Source: Mayamaea pseudoterrestris (lineage: Eukaryota). Taken from it: a DNA stretch of 64,000 nucleotides. The stretch lies in NCBI GenBank assembly GCA_027923505.1, contig BROI01000001.1:1116001-1180000 (forward strand), in the 5' to 3' direction. The notes under the pieces were generated by a model. The model had not been told where the DNA came from and made no database searches. It saw nothing but the letters and a program-made list of their open reading frames with translations. Below, in pieces: positions 34,001 to 44,944 of the stretch; within the stretch, counting starts at the first letter, position 1, and every line of letters starts with the position of its first letter. The translations under genes were made by a program, and so were the position numbers.

Positions 34001-37000
34001 GGAGTCTTGTTCATCTTCACCACCTCTCTGGAAAGCGTCGGTACTTTTGCTCCGCCTTTGTTGTCCAAAAGTTTAACGCTCTGCTGTTCCTGCTCAAGCT
34101 TCTTCTTGGCTTTCACTTCTTGGATTTTTTGCTTCTTCTCCAATCTAATACGCTCCTTTTCTTCTCTTTCCATAAGCCGTTCGAGCGCTAGCCTATCCTT
34201 CCTCATTTGCTCGGCTTCAGCTACTTCGGCATAAGGATCGTAAACTTGCACTTGCTTTCGACTTCGTTTCACGCCATCGTCGATCATTTGCGCAATGTCT
34301 TCCGGGGTCTCAAGTGGAACTTCCAAACCAATCGCCTTTGACCAGAAATCAGGATCGTCTAGATCGACATCCTTTTCGCCTTCGTCCGTACTTGCCACAA
34401 AGCTCGCTTTGCTGAAACTACCAAGCCCGCTTCCCAGAGAGGAACTAGTGGCGTCTCCATAAACAACCTTTTTGGAACTGTGTGCAAGCAGCTGATCTAT
34501 GTCCGTCTCCATGAATTTTTCTGCCTCGCGGTCGTCTTCGTCGCCTCGGAAGACATCATATGCCCCTTTTTTCAAAAGCTCGTCAATTTCCTTTGCTTGC
34601 TGCTCTCGATCCGCTTTCTTTCTCGATTTGTTGTCAGCGTCGCTGTCGTCTCCAACACCTTGCTCCCTATTTTGCGACAGGACGGCTCGCTCAAGGCCCA
34701 GTTTCATGCTCGCGGAATGAAACATGTGCATCTCGTATGTCTTCGCTGTCAAAAGACGAAAAACTTGGACAGCTTTTGTCTGTCCGATTCGATGACTGTA
34801 TACAAATTAATGAAACCGAAAATGCAATTAGATACGACAGGACAAGCGAGCTGATTTTTAACGAGGAATTTCAACGAGGGATGCAGTACTTACGCTCTCG
34901 CCATTCTGCAAATGAAACATGAGAAATGAAGTGAGTAACGTCGGTCGCCACGATCAAGTACAGTTCTGATGTCATGTATGGTGCTTACGCTTGGAGGTCC
35001 TGTGATTGGCACAACCAGGAATGATTAGAGATCACAGTCATTACCTCCCATCTCGAACGCCACTCGACAAAACAACTTACATTTTGGGGGTTCCAATCAC
35101 TGTCGTAGATGATCACAATATCAGCTGCAGTCAAATTCAAACCAAGACCCCCTGTAAAACGATGAAGAGTCAGAGAGAGCCTTTCGGCAGCTGCTCCGCC
35201 AAAGCTTGGCGCTTGAACTCACCGGCCCTTGTCGACAGAAGCATAACGAACCGCTTCAACGAATTGCGGTTAAAACGATCGACGGCATGAGTACGAGAAG
35301 AGGAGGACGTCGACCCGTCTAAACGCTCATAGCGATAGCTTTTCATCTTCAGTAGCTCCTCAATCAAGTCTAGCACACGAACCATCTGAGAGAAAATGAG
35401 AACCTTGTGGCCGTCGGCGAAAAGCTTATGTAGTAGCTTCTCCAGTAAAACCATCTTTCCAGAAGACTTGACCAGTTGTTCTCCAAACAATTTTCCTTGG
35501 TCATATTCTATTGCGTGTCCTCGCTCATCCTCCTTCTCCGACAGCTTCGCCGCTGCTTCACTGACGATGCGATCCTCCGCACCTTTCACAAGATAAGGAT
35601 GGTTGCAGCACTTACGCAACTCCATCATAACATTCATTAGTGACGGCTGGGAAGTTAGACAGAGATGTGAGCGGTAAGTATATGCACATTGCGTTAACAG
35701 GGCAATAGCGAGCTGCAAATTCGACATACCGCATTATTGGGTTTAGCTCCTTTGTATAGAAACGCTGTATTTCGCTCGTAAATTGCCTTGTAAAAAGTTT
35801 TCTGTATAGGTGTTAACGAAACCTCCAAAATTGTCTCTTCTTTTGGTGGCAATGACTTTTCAACGTCTTCCTTCACGCGACGAAGCAAGTAGGGTTTTAA
35901 AAGGGAATGCAACGCATTCACTTGCTTCGCATCAGTCATTTGCCCAAACTTTTGTAGAAAATCGTCCTCGTCATCGAAGATGGTTGGATTCGCAAAATGG
36001 AGTAGCGCATAGAGCTCATCCACGCAGTTACCAATAGGTGTACCGGTGAGTAAAACGCAGTAGTCGCGCGGAACACTGGCAAGTTCTTCAAAAAGCTTAG
36101 CTTTAGAGTTTTTTAGGCGATGGGCCTGCGAAAACACAAATAATTGTGATGCATGAGACAGAGGGTGGCAGTGTCGCGAGGTTGATTCAAGACTCGTTGC
36201 GCAAAAGTATGACTCCCCAACAAAAGCTGTACTCACCTCGTCTACTATAAGTGTTCGCCATTTGAGCTTGGATAGGACCGTGATATCTTTCAGAACAACT
36301 TCATATGTAGTAATTAACACGTGAAACTTAGTGATGCCGCTCTTCTTTAAGCTCGCGGCTTCTTGTTTCGATACAAAAGGCTCAGCGTAATAAAACTCGT
36401 GTTGGACAAGAAAGTCTCGGGCATTGGCTGAGCCATGAAAAAACACGACGTTGAGGTCGGGTGCCCACGCTTTTAGCTCAGATTCCCATTGACCAATTAA
36501 TGACAAGGGAGCAACAATGAGAAATGGACCACGCACTCGCGCGCCTGGAGTAGTTTGAAGCTCTTGCAAAAAGGCGGCCGACTGAATAGTCTTTCCAAGA
36601 CCCTGTATAAAGATGTTATGCTGTCAAAACGCATGGACCTTACCAGACACAAGGTCCAGCAGCACGTCTACCGAACTTACCATTTCGTCTGCTAAAATGC
36701 AAGAGCGTCGATTCCACCAATTAAACAACAGCCAGTTCACACCCTCCAGTTGGTAACTGCGTAACTGAAATCGAGGCACAGCTTCCTCATCATCATCATT
36801 AACCACAATCGGCGCGCCGTCAAGCCCAATGATGGGTCGCGCACGCATTGACTTTCCATAATTAATTGATCCATCGAGCTTACGGAAGTCGCGTATGTTG
36901 GGATGGGGTCGCATGGCAGCCTCAATCGCCTCATCCACGTTCGGAGCGCGCTGCCGATGCCAAAAGTCTTCCGCTTCATCCACTGCATCGCGTTTAATGT

Positions 37001-38639
37001 CGCGCCAGTATTCCCATGTCATTTCCGAGTAAGGAAGACCCTTCCATTTGACAACGTATCGAACGTTATCTTCGGGATCCCAAGGAGCATCTTTGCTGGC
37101 TATGTCTAACACGTTGCAAGCCGCCTTTCGAATGTTTAGCGTGGCCTTGTCTAATTCGACGCAAGCCGAAGCATTAACCGTTTCGATATCGTCGACATCC
37201 GCGCTCGCATCCTCCATTTCCTGTACCAGTGCACGATACTTCAGTAAGTTTAAACCCCGTTGTTTAGCTAAAACTTGCATGTTCATCTCCGACTCATCGC
37301 AAAACATGATACGTTCCACTTCCAAACATTGCGGCGAAAAGAACCCATCATTGGCCTCGCCGTTGTCGTCATCGGCTGTTGCGATCCCATGCGCTTGAAT
37401 CGTGGCAGCCACTCGACGTTCCTCCTCCATGACTTTCTTCCAGTCCAAACCTAATAATGCTTCTTGCTGCTGATAATACCGACGTATCTTGTTTTTTGCA
37501 GTGCTATTATTGGAGGGATCCAGTCGCGTCAGATCAGACGCTCGCTCCCAGGAGCAATGCATGTGCGAGCGGCCCCGCCATTTGATGAGTAAGAGCTCCT
37601 CGCGCGGACCAGCTTGGAGTGTGTATTTTGGTGCAGCATTTGCCACCTTGGCTTGCTCGGCCGCTATCGCGAGAATCAATGGACACTTCGAAGGAAGCAA
37701 TCTCGATACTTCCAGACGCCTGAGTGATTCCCCGAAAAAGTCTTCGTTCGCCAAGAGTCGACTTTGAATGACGGTAGCTTCCGCCAGAGACAGTTCCACT
37801 GGCTTGTCGTCTCCATCCACCAGCTGAAACGACGTGCGCGTCTTCCATGCGTACACCTTTTCGAGCACAAACACGTTCAAAAAGTTTTCTCGTGAGTACC
37901 AAAGCGTATTCAATACTCCAGGAGGTGGACTGTCAGCTACGATAGTGTTGAGTTTCGATGTAACCACGATTCCATCTGCGGCAGCTTCATTGGTTGCAAA
38001 AGCTTCATCCATCGCACTACTAGTTTGTGTCTGTTTAAAAGGTACCAATCGTTGTCGCTTCTTCTTGGGAGCAACCTCGTCCTCATCCTCCGTTTCCGTC
38101 ATCAACAGGTCATCGTCATTCACATCGTCCACGTAGCTGGCTCGTTTGATTGGCGCTCGCAAACTAGCTCTATGCTTGGAGTAAATGCCGTAACCACTAT
38201 CCAGATCCATGCCATGCGTCCGAATCTTTAGAATTATTGGGTCATTCGAAAGAATGCGGATCGTTTTTGGTTCCTTGTGCTTGTGTCGCTGGCGAGGGTG
38301 CTTCAATGTCGATGATGAGTCACTTGACTTTGATTCTTGTGCATGGCGGGCCGGAGCTTGCGCACTTCCTTGCCGGTCTCGGTCATGCGGCAGATGCTGC
38401 TGCGAGGAGGATGTTGACATTGGCAGCGACCGACCCGATAGCTTGTGCTTTGGCTTTTTAAACTGTCGCAGTCGCGCATCCTCGACTGATCCTGGCGTCG
38501 GTGGGGCAACTGGTATTGACGACGCAGACGCACTCGACAACGATGACGGAGGCGGAGCAGGAAGCTTTTTGCGTGGAATGGCACCAAGGACTGGAGGAGG
38601 AGGCTGTTTGCCATCGCCGCTACTGCCTGATCGTTCCAT
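31027..38639 (-). CDS. CHD chromatin remodeler (CHD6-9/Kismet-like), 8 exons: 38639-36681, 36602-36237, 36125-35730, 35646-35223, 35151-35081, 34999-34989, 34905-34894, 34795-31027
   Basis: Two chromodomains ([31 protein letters not shown]). Seven GT-AG introns restore [52 protein letters not shown] and WNPQN|DLQA|MARA|HRIGQ. Confidence 0.95.
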
Positions 38640-39409
38640 GATGCTAGATTCTTGAATGATCAATCGGCACCTCAGCTAATGTTGTGTGTGGAGTATATCT
38701 GAAGTGGGGAAAATGATTTGTGTGAATGACCTGTTCAGATACAGAGCACAAGCGACAAGCATAGCTGCTCAGCAATTGTAAACATCAAGTGTAGAGTTTG
38801 TAGAGCTGCAGAGCTGCACTCGCCCTAAATCACGGCCTCATTCCATCCTTTAATCATCCGGCGATCAAATTCAGTTTGTCGGAAGGCATGCATGCATAAC
38901 AAGCGCTTTTCTTCAATTTCAACGTCAGCAGGCTCTCATCGCTTCTTTTTCAGAGCTACCACTGCTTCCCAACATGCGCCGTTTCCCATTCCTTAATGAA
39001 AGCAACAACAATTTGTTCTATAGAAACTCACCTCAATGTGTATGTCAATCGAGCACTTGCTTCAAGACCAATCCCAATATCACGACTTGGCTATATGCAC
39101 AAACAAACGCTGCAGTCTTATCGCTGCAGCTGTCCTGCGTTCGAAGAAATTGTGTGGCTGCCACATCATGATGCCTGCCAATTTCACGTCATGGTCGAAG
39201 AAGTTGGATCGGATCATCCGCGTTTTCGCTTCAAAACTTTGAATGGCTAATTATTTCGCATCATGACGTGGATAGAAGCTATCCTATGCTGGCGGAGTAA
39301 GCTATGCAAGTGCCACCAGAAGGTACCGATGAAGCTGTATTTTAAATCATAATAATTATTAAAGCACTTTGGCTTTTACTCATGCTCACCGGTTATTGCT
39401 TTCGACTCA

Positions 39410-41039
39410 TTAGAAGCCTTTCGTCGCTGACGCAACCTCCTGCTTGCTAAATTCATTCGCCGCTTGAACAGCAGCTGCCTTGGCCATGGCGACAATGGCA
39501 TCGGCTTTCGCCATTGCTTTGGGGTTCGCCTGTATCTCAGCTGTCGTCGCATTCGCCATGGTGGAGCGGGCCTGCGTCAATATACGATTGGCCATATCAA
39601 TGGCAACTGACGCAGCTTGCTGGGACGGAAACACGCCCAAGTAGCGAGATTGACCGACAAAGAAGATTTGCGCTTGCTGAATGTAGATATTTGGTTTGAG
39701 TGATTGACAGATTCAGCGAGCGTGCGAGAACATGACGAGAAACTTTGCAGCAATGACACCACGAGTTGTATCATGTTCGTCCACGTACCCATTTGCCGGA
39801 TGGTCGTTTCGTCACACCAAGAGGCAAATTCAAAAGATCGCAAGTGTGATCATTTAGAGCGGCTGTGGGTGCTATTTCAATTGACGTCTCGTCGCTATTG
39901 GTAGCAGCTCCGTCCGACGTAGTCTGCTTGTCTCGTGGACGAGTTGTCATGGCATTCTTACTTTTGGGACTACACGCAGCATCAGCTGCATTTTGTATTG
40001 TCGTTGACTCTCTCTTGATTCTCCGAATATTACTGCAGTTGCTATTCTCATCGGCTCCGACATCCTTGTCTGCTGCTACCCTTTCTATGGCGGCTTCAAA
40101 AGGATCTGTTTCGACAGAGGAACAAGAACCCTTCATCCCAATGCGTTTGCTGCCAATCTCGACGCATTTCACAACGTTTTCATTTACTCCATCAATATTC
40201 GTCATGCCAGTCGATAGAGGCCGCTGCTGTCGTTGATTTTCTATCTGTTTCTTTTGCTGAATCGATGCAAGCTGTTTCTCCATACAAATTTTCTGCAACG
40301 TTTCCAATCGCTTGGCCCTGGCGGATGTTTTCTTGGCCTTGTGCGGCGTGGTAGTAAATTGCTTGCGCGACAGGACAAGATTCTTCTTCCTTCGCGCAGG
40401 AGCGTTACTGGTTTCCTCCGAATTGGTCGGAGAAATCGTACTGGCCGTTGTCGTCGTAGACGTTGTAGTTGAAATTGCGCGAGGCTTGCGAGGAATGGGA
40501 AATGGTTTCGGCGCAGCTGACGATTGGTATTGCCAGGCTGGCGGATATGTATATGGATATGAATGATGTTGAGGCGCAGCAGCAGCATGCCTTTGATAGT
40601 AATGTTGCTGATACATTCGTTGCTGCTGCGGAAACGGAGGCTGCGCCAAAGGTACTTGCTGCTGCGGCATGGACGGTCCTGGTTGCTGCTGCTGCATTGG
40701 ACGCGATTGCACCTCCTTGACGTGCGATGCGACGATTTCGAGTGGATCCGACAATGGATTCCATCCGTACCCGCAATACACCATGAAGCGTCCGCCTCGT
40801 GAGTGAATCGTCTCCACAATATCGCGCGAGGAAACTTTAGCATGAATCATTTGATGAAAGGCTGCATTGCCTGGCCATCCAAAGGCTCCTAGTAGAACGT
40901 CATGCTGCTGCTGCCGCTGCGCTAACGTCAAAGCAATATGATGAGGTTGATTGTCGGCTGCTGACGAGGCTGCTGAATCTGGAATTGGCTGGCGCTCCAA
41001 AATGGCAGCTGCTTCAGCAATGCAATCCAAGCTGTTCAT
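39410..41039 (-). CDS. AP2-domain transcription factor with degenerate N-terminal DUF6824-like region; 2 exons, intron 39677-39788
   Basis: Splicing gives GVTKRPSGKW|QAQIFFVGQSRYLGVFPSQQAAS (AP2 domain). N-terminal DVLLG..PGN..F..IVETIHSRGGRF..W. Confidence 0.87.
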
Positions 41040-42255
41040 TGTAGTTATATACAGTACAGTTTAGTACGCTTCACTCATGGAGCAATTTCGGAGCGTTGTT
41101 GTGCGCTGCGCCATCTCTCGTCGATGCTTTCGCTTTGGCAGTTTCTCGCCGTCGCGCGAGCATGGCCGTCAACGGTCGGTTCCATCTTTTCAAAAAATTG
41201 AAATCTGAAACGTCGCACTGGTTTCCTGATTCGTGGAGAGCAAGAACAACTGCGATTGCGCCTCGTCATCTCCTTCCTCTTTATCCTCTCGCCGCATCTC
41301 ACGTTCAGGGGCTACTAGTATCGATGATTGCATCACGACGTACGTCTTTCATTAGTCATGAACACCGAGAGAGTCCGTTGTTGGTAGAGGCCGAGAATAC
41401 GAAGCAAATGTCGCGTGCTGCTCGCTTCTGATGCTACTTGCTGATAATCATTACCAGGTCATTAGAGTATCTCTGTTCGAAGCAAATGCTATATATAAGA
41501 AACTCAATCTCGTCATCGTCCTCCACTTACACGATACTACAGGCTTCCAACGAATCAGCAATGTCCAAACTTGATGCTTTCCCGCGGTGTTCTGTGTCGC
41601 AATTCGCAATGTACTTGGATCTTGAATATTCGACGTCGACCGCCAAGACGCCAAGAATTGCTGGGAAGCTTTCCATGAGCGCAATGGCCTGCACTCGAGA
41701 TTCTACGCGATGAGGGGACTCGCTGTAAACTTGGTCTAGTGCCTTCTTGTAACGACGGACGCATGAAACGAAATGGATACTTTCGTTGCGACAAGTGCGA
41801 CGTCTATTTCCACCGAAACGACCCTTAACAAGGAATCTGCGGAGTGACGCGCTGTCGCGGAAGCCTCATTACATTGTCGAGTTGCAATGCCGCATTGCAT
41901 CCAAGTGTTTTGACTGTGAAGATCACACACCTTGCGACCAACGCGCACAAGGCCGTCGTCTGCCTTGATTGCATAGGGGGTGTCGTGTGGGTCTGCCAGG
42001 TTTGCGGCATTCGGCCGCGCTGACTGCTGTGGTAGTCAACTTTGCGGTGATTGCGGCAATGCGTGGAGCGATGCCTATCTAATTGCGACGAATGTAACGG
42101 TGGCGCATGCAGCGTGCGATGTGATCGGCCTGATCCTTTCCCTGGTGCCAGAGAGCTTGAGCAATGCTCCAAAAATGTGCCATTGTAACTGCTTCGCAGA
42201 CTCTTTAAGTGTTTACACTAATAAATCACGTCAATAAATATAGTATCAGTGTAAT

Positions 42256-44457
42256 CTATTTTTCCTTTTTCCCTTCGCTTCCGTTTTCGCCAACATTGTC
42301 TCCCTCTTCCACCCCTTCCTCTGGTTGCTGCTCTTCCTTCTCCATTGGCACCGCTTTGGCCTCCCGTCCCGCTTCCTTGGAGCTCAGGACAATCGCGTCG
42401 ACTGTAAACTCCGTGTCGCATCCCATGAATTCGTGACTTTTAAGACTCACAGTGAATCGGTATTCGCCAGGTTCAGAGGGTGCCTCGAACATAATTTTGC
42501 CCTGAATCGCACCCTGCTTTGGGTTTGCAACCACCACTGGCCGAGCACACAGAAAGTCACGATCATTATTTTTCTGTCGTTGTTCAAACATATCTAGCTT
42601 GTCATCGTCAATCTCAAGCTGCGCCAAGAGTGGGTCGTGTCGGTCGATGCGCTTGTGCCATCGCGTTTTCGACTCGTTCTCAACATTGCCCCCAAGTCGT
42701 TCAGCCTGAACAATAACCCACCATACTTCGCGAAAGGTTTGAAGAGCAATCTCAATTGGGATGCCTTGTTTTTGCCACTGCATAAACTTTGCTTTAAGCA
42801 TTGGTTCTGCATGTGTTCGTTCTACCGCAAACTGCAACGCTGTTCCAGAGTCACCAGCGACAATGTTGCTTTCACCTTCCGTCGTAACTAGAGGCGCTTC
42901 TTCTTGATGCACCTGCAACTTTGGAACGCAGTTGACTGTTCTCATGCAAAAACTATGAAACTTGTCCTTTTCGTTCATCTGACAACCAACCGAAAACATG
43001 GCGACAGATTCAATCGTTGTTTGCAGCAAACTAGCGGAATGAAAGGTGGAAGCAAGTCGAATAATCGCTTCCAGTAAAAGTCGCATGCGATGGCGAAACA
43101 TGACGTTTGCTCCAAAGTAAGTTTGATCAATCATTGGTGGAGGACCAGCAGCAGCAGCCGCTAATAGTTCCTTATGCGTGTTCAAAAATTCGGAATGGGT
43201 CCGACCTGTCAGCATGCAGAGGACCCGGCTTATAGCGGGATCCTGAAGTGGATTGTCGATTGCTGTCATATCCTCGAGTGCTGCCACGTCTGGTGGTGGC
43301 CACAGGTTTGCATTGGTTAGATTTCGTTGCACCCATGCTTGTCCCAAGACGCCGTCGTCAACTCCTTCCAGAAGCATGGAGTGTATTTCCGTGGATTTTT
43401 TCTTCATGCTTTCTTGTAGCTGTTGCTGCTTCTCCTTCGCGGCTCGACGGGCGGCTTTTGTTGCGACATCGTCGTCGTCATTCTCATCATTCTCGGAATC
43501 ATCAGCCCAGCCGTCATCATTCTCCAGCAACGCATCCCAAGCATTTGAAGTATTTTCAGCTTGCCCTTTGCTCTTTTCTGCTAGCAACTGCGCGACCCGC
43601 TCGTTTCGTAGCTTGTCGATGCGTTGCAGATCCATCTTGGCCCAATGAATCATCATTTTGGGCGCGGTCGCAGCCAGATACAAGACTTGTTGGTGGGACA
43701 TGTCGGGCTTCATATACTTGGCCAGGTGCTGCAAGTCTTCCTGGATTACTTGATTCTGCATCATGGCAAAGTCTTCTTCCGGAATTTCGTCATCTGTATC
43801 CGTTTCATTGTGGCGGCGACTCCCTAGAGCAAATCCAACCACGCCAAGTATGATACATGCGTATGCAAGCTTCATTGACGTCGCAATTTCTTCATCCCAA
43901 ACAAGCAGCCACTTTGGAAATTGCAGTGAAAACACCGGAGTCAATAGAGGTCCTTCTGGATGCCCATGTTTTGCGTATTGGTCCTTGGCCGAGTCTTCGG
44001 TGAGTGAGCGAAACGCCCAAACAGCTTCTTCGAATGCGGCGCGACTTCCGGTATCCTTATTCGATGGATGTACCTTCTTGACAAGCTCGCGGTATGCTGC
44101 ATTGATAATTGTCGTGTAGTCAGTATCGTTGCGTTCAGACTCGCCTGGGCGAGAGATTTGAAGAATTGCGTACGGATCGAATTGGGAATGTTCATGTTTT
44201 AGAATAGCGCCTTGTATCCGACCAACCGTGAAGGTGTAGCCAGCGAGCGCCAGCAATGATATCAGGTGCCAGGTATATCGCGAGTACATAGCTGGTGCTG
44301 ACTTGTTGCGTGATGACGCTGCAGACCGACTTAGTCGAGTTGGTGTTCCAGAAAACTGGAGGTAGACGGCTCGTGCGAATGCCATGAAACAGATTGCCAA
44401 AAGCCCGGCCGCCACGGGCATGAGCTCCACTGGTACTGGATAGCTGTTCTTTGGCAT
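42256..44457 (-). CDS. SEC63: Sec63-like ER membrane J-domain protein with HPS in place of HPD
   Basis: Three TM segments, FDPYAILQI..AYRELVKKVHPSNK..AFRSLTE..YAKHGHPEGP..FPKWLL, C-terminal FEAPSEPGEYRFTVSLKSHEFMGCD, acidic tail. Confidence 0.85.
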   Translation of the reverse strand: MPKNSYPVPVELMPVAAGLLAICFMAFARAVYLQFSGTPTRLSRSAASSRNKSAPAMYSRYTWHLISLLALAGYTFTVGRIQGAILKHEHSQFDPYAILQISRPGESERNDTDYTTIINAAYRELVKKVHPSNKDTGSRAAFEEAVWAFRSLTEDSAKDQYAKHGHPEGPLLTPVFSLQFPKWLLVWDEEIATSMKLAYACIILGVVGFALGSRRHNETDTDDEIPEEDFAMMQNQVIQEDLQHLAKYMKPDMSHQQVLYLAATAPKMMIHWAKMDLQRIDKLRNERVAQLLAEKSKGQAENTSNAWDALLENDDGWADDSENDENDDDDVATKAARRAAKEKQQQLQESMKKKSTEIHSMLLEGVDDGVLGQAWVQRNLTNANLWPPPDVAALEDMTAIDNPLQDPAISRVLCMLTGRTHSEFLNTHKELLAAAAAGPPPMIDQTYFGANVMFRHRMRLLLEAIIRLASTFHSASLLQTTIESVAMFSVGCQMNEKDKFHSFCMRTVNCVPKLQVHQEEAPLVTTEGESNIVAGDSGTALQFAVERTHAEPMLKAKFMQWQKQGIPIEIALQTFREVWWVIVQAERLGGNVENESKTRWHKRIDRHDPLLAQLEIDDDKLDMFEQRQKNNDRDFLCARPVVVANPKQGAIQGKIMFEAPSEPGEYRFTVSLKSHEFMGCDTEFTVDAIVLSSKEAGREAKAVPMEKEEQQPEEGVEEGDNVGENGSEGKKEK

Positions 44458-44944
44458 GATTCGCGGTAATTTTTAGGACTGACTGTGAGAGGCAGCCTTC
44501 AATTGGCTTGGATTGCCGTCCGTTTTTTGTCATGGTGGCCATCAAAATCGGCGCGGCGCTAGAATCGAGAACTTCAAGTGCGTATCCATGTCGCAGCAGA
44601 ACTCGATTAGCTAATCCGCCACACCCTTTGACTGGACGGATGACAGATCTATATCATACAAGCGGTATCTTGATCCGAAAAAGATCACATTGACATGCGA
44701 TGAACCGTTGCCTACCGGTAGATTATATGGTGTAAAAGTTCCTGTCGTTGTGATATCTAAGAAAGAAGCGAACCCTGAAGCTCTGCTACAATGATCAAGT
44801 AGTACATATAATCCACTTATTTTATGCAAACGACACTTTCCGTCTTTGACTATGCAGATATCGAAATTGATTGCGAGAACGCTCGAAACGCATCGCCCAG
44901 ATATATTGTGCACGAAAGTAACAAACCAGCAACGCCGGGCAAGC

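Noticed and set aside
41415..42200. Possible minus-strand gene relic
   Set aside because: Protein-like stretches are interrupted by stops, with no recognisable family or consistent splice model.
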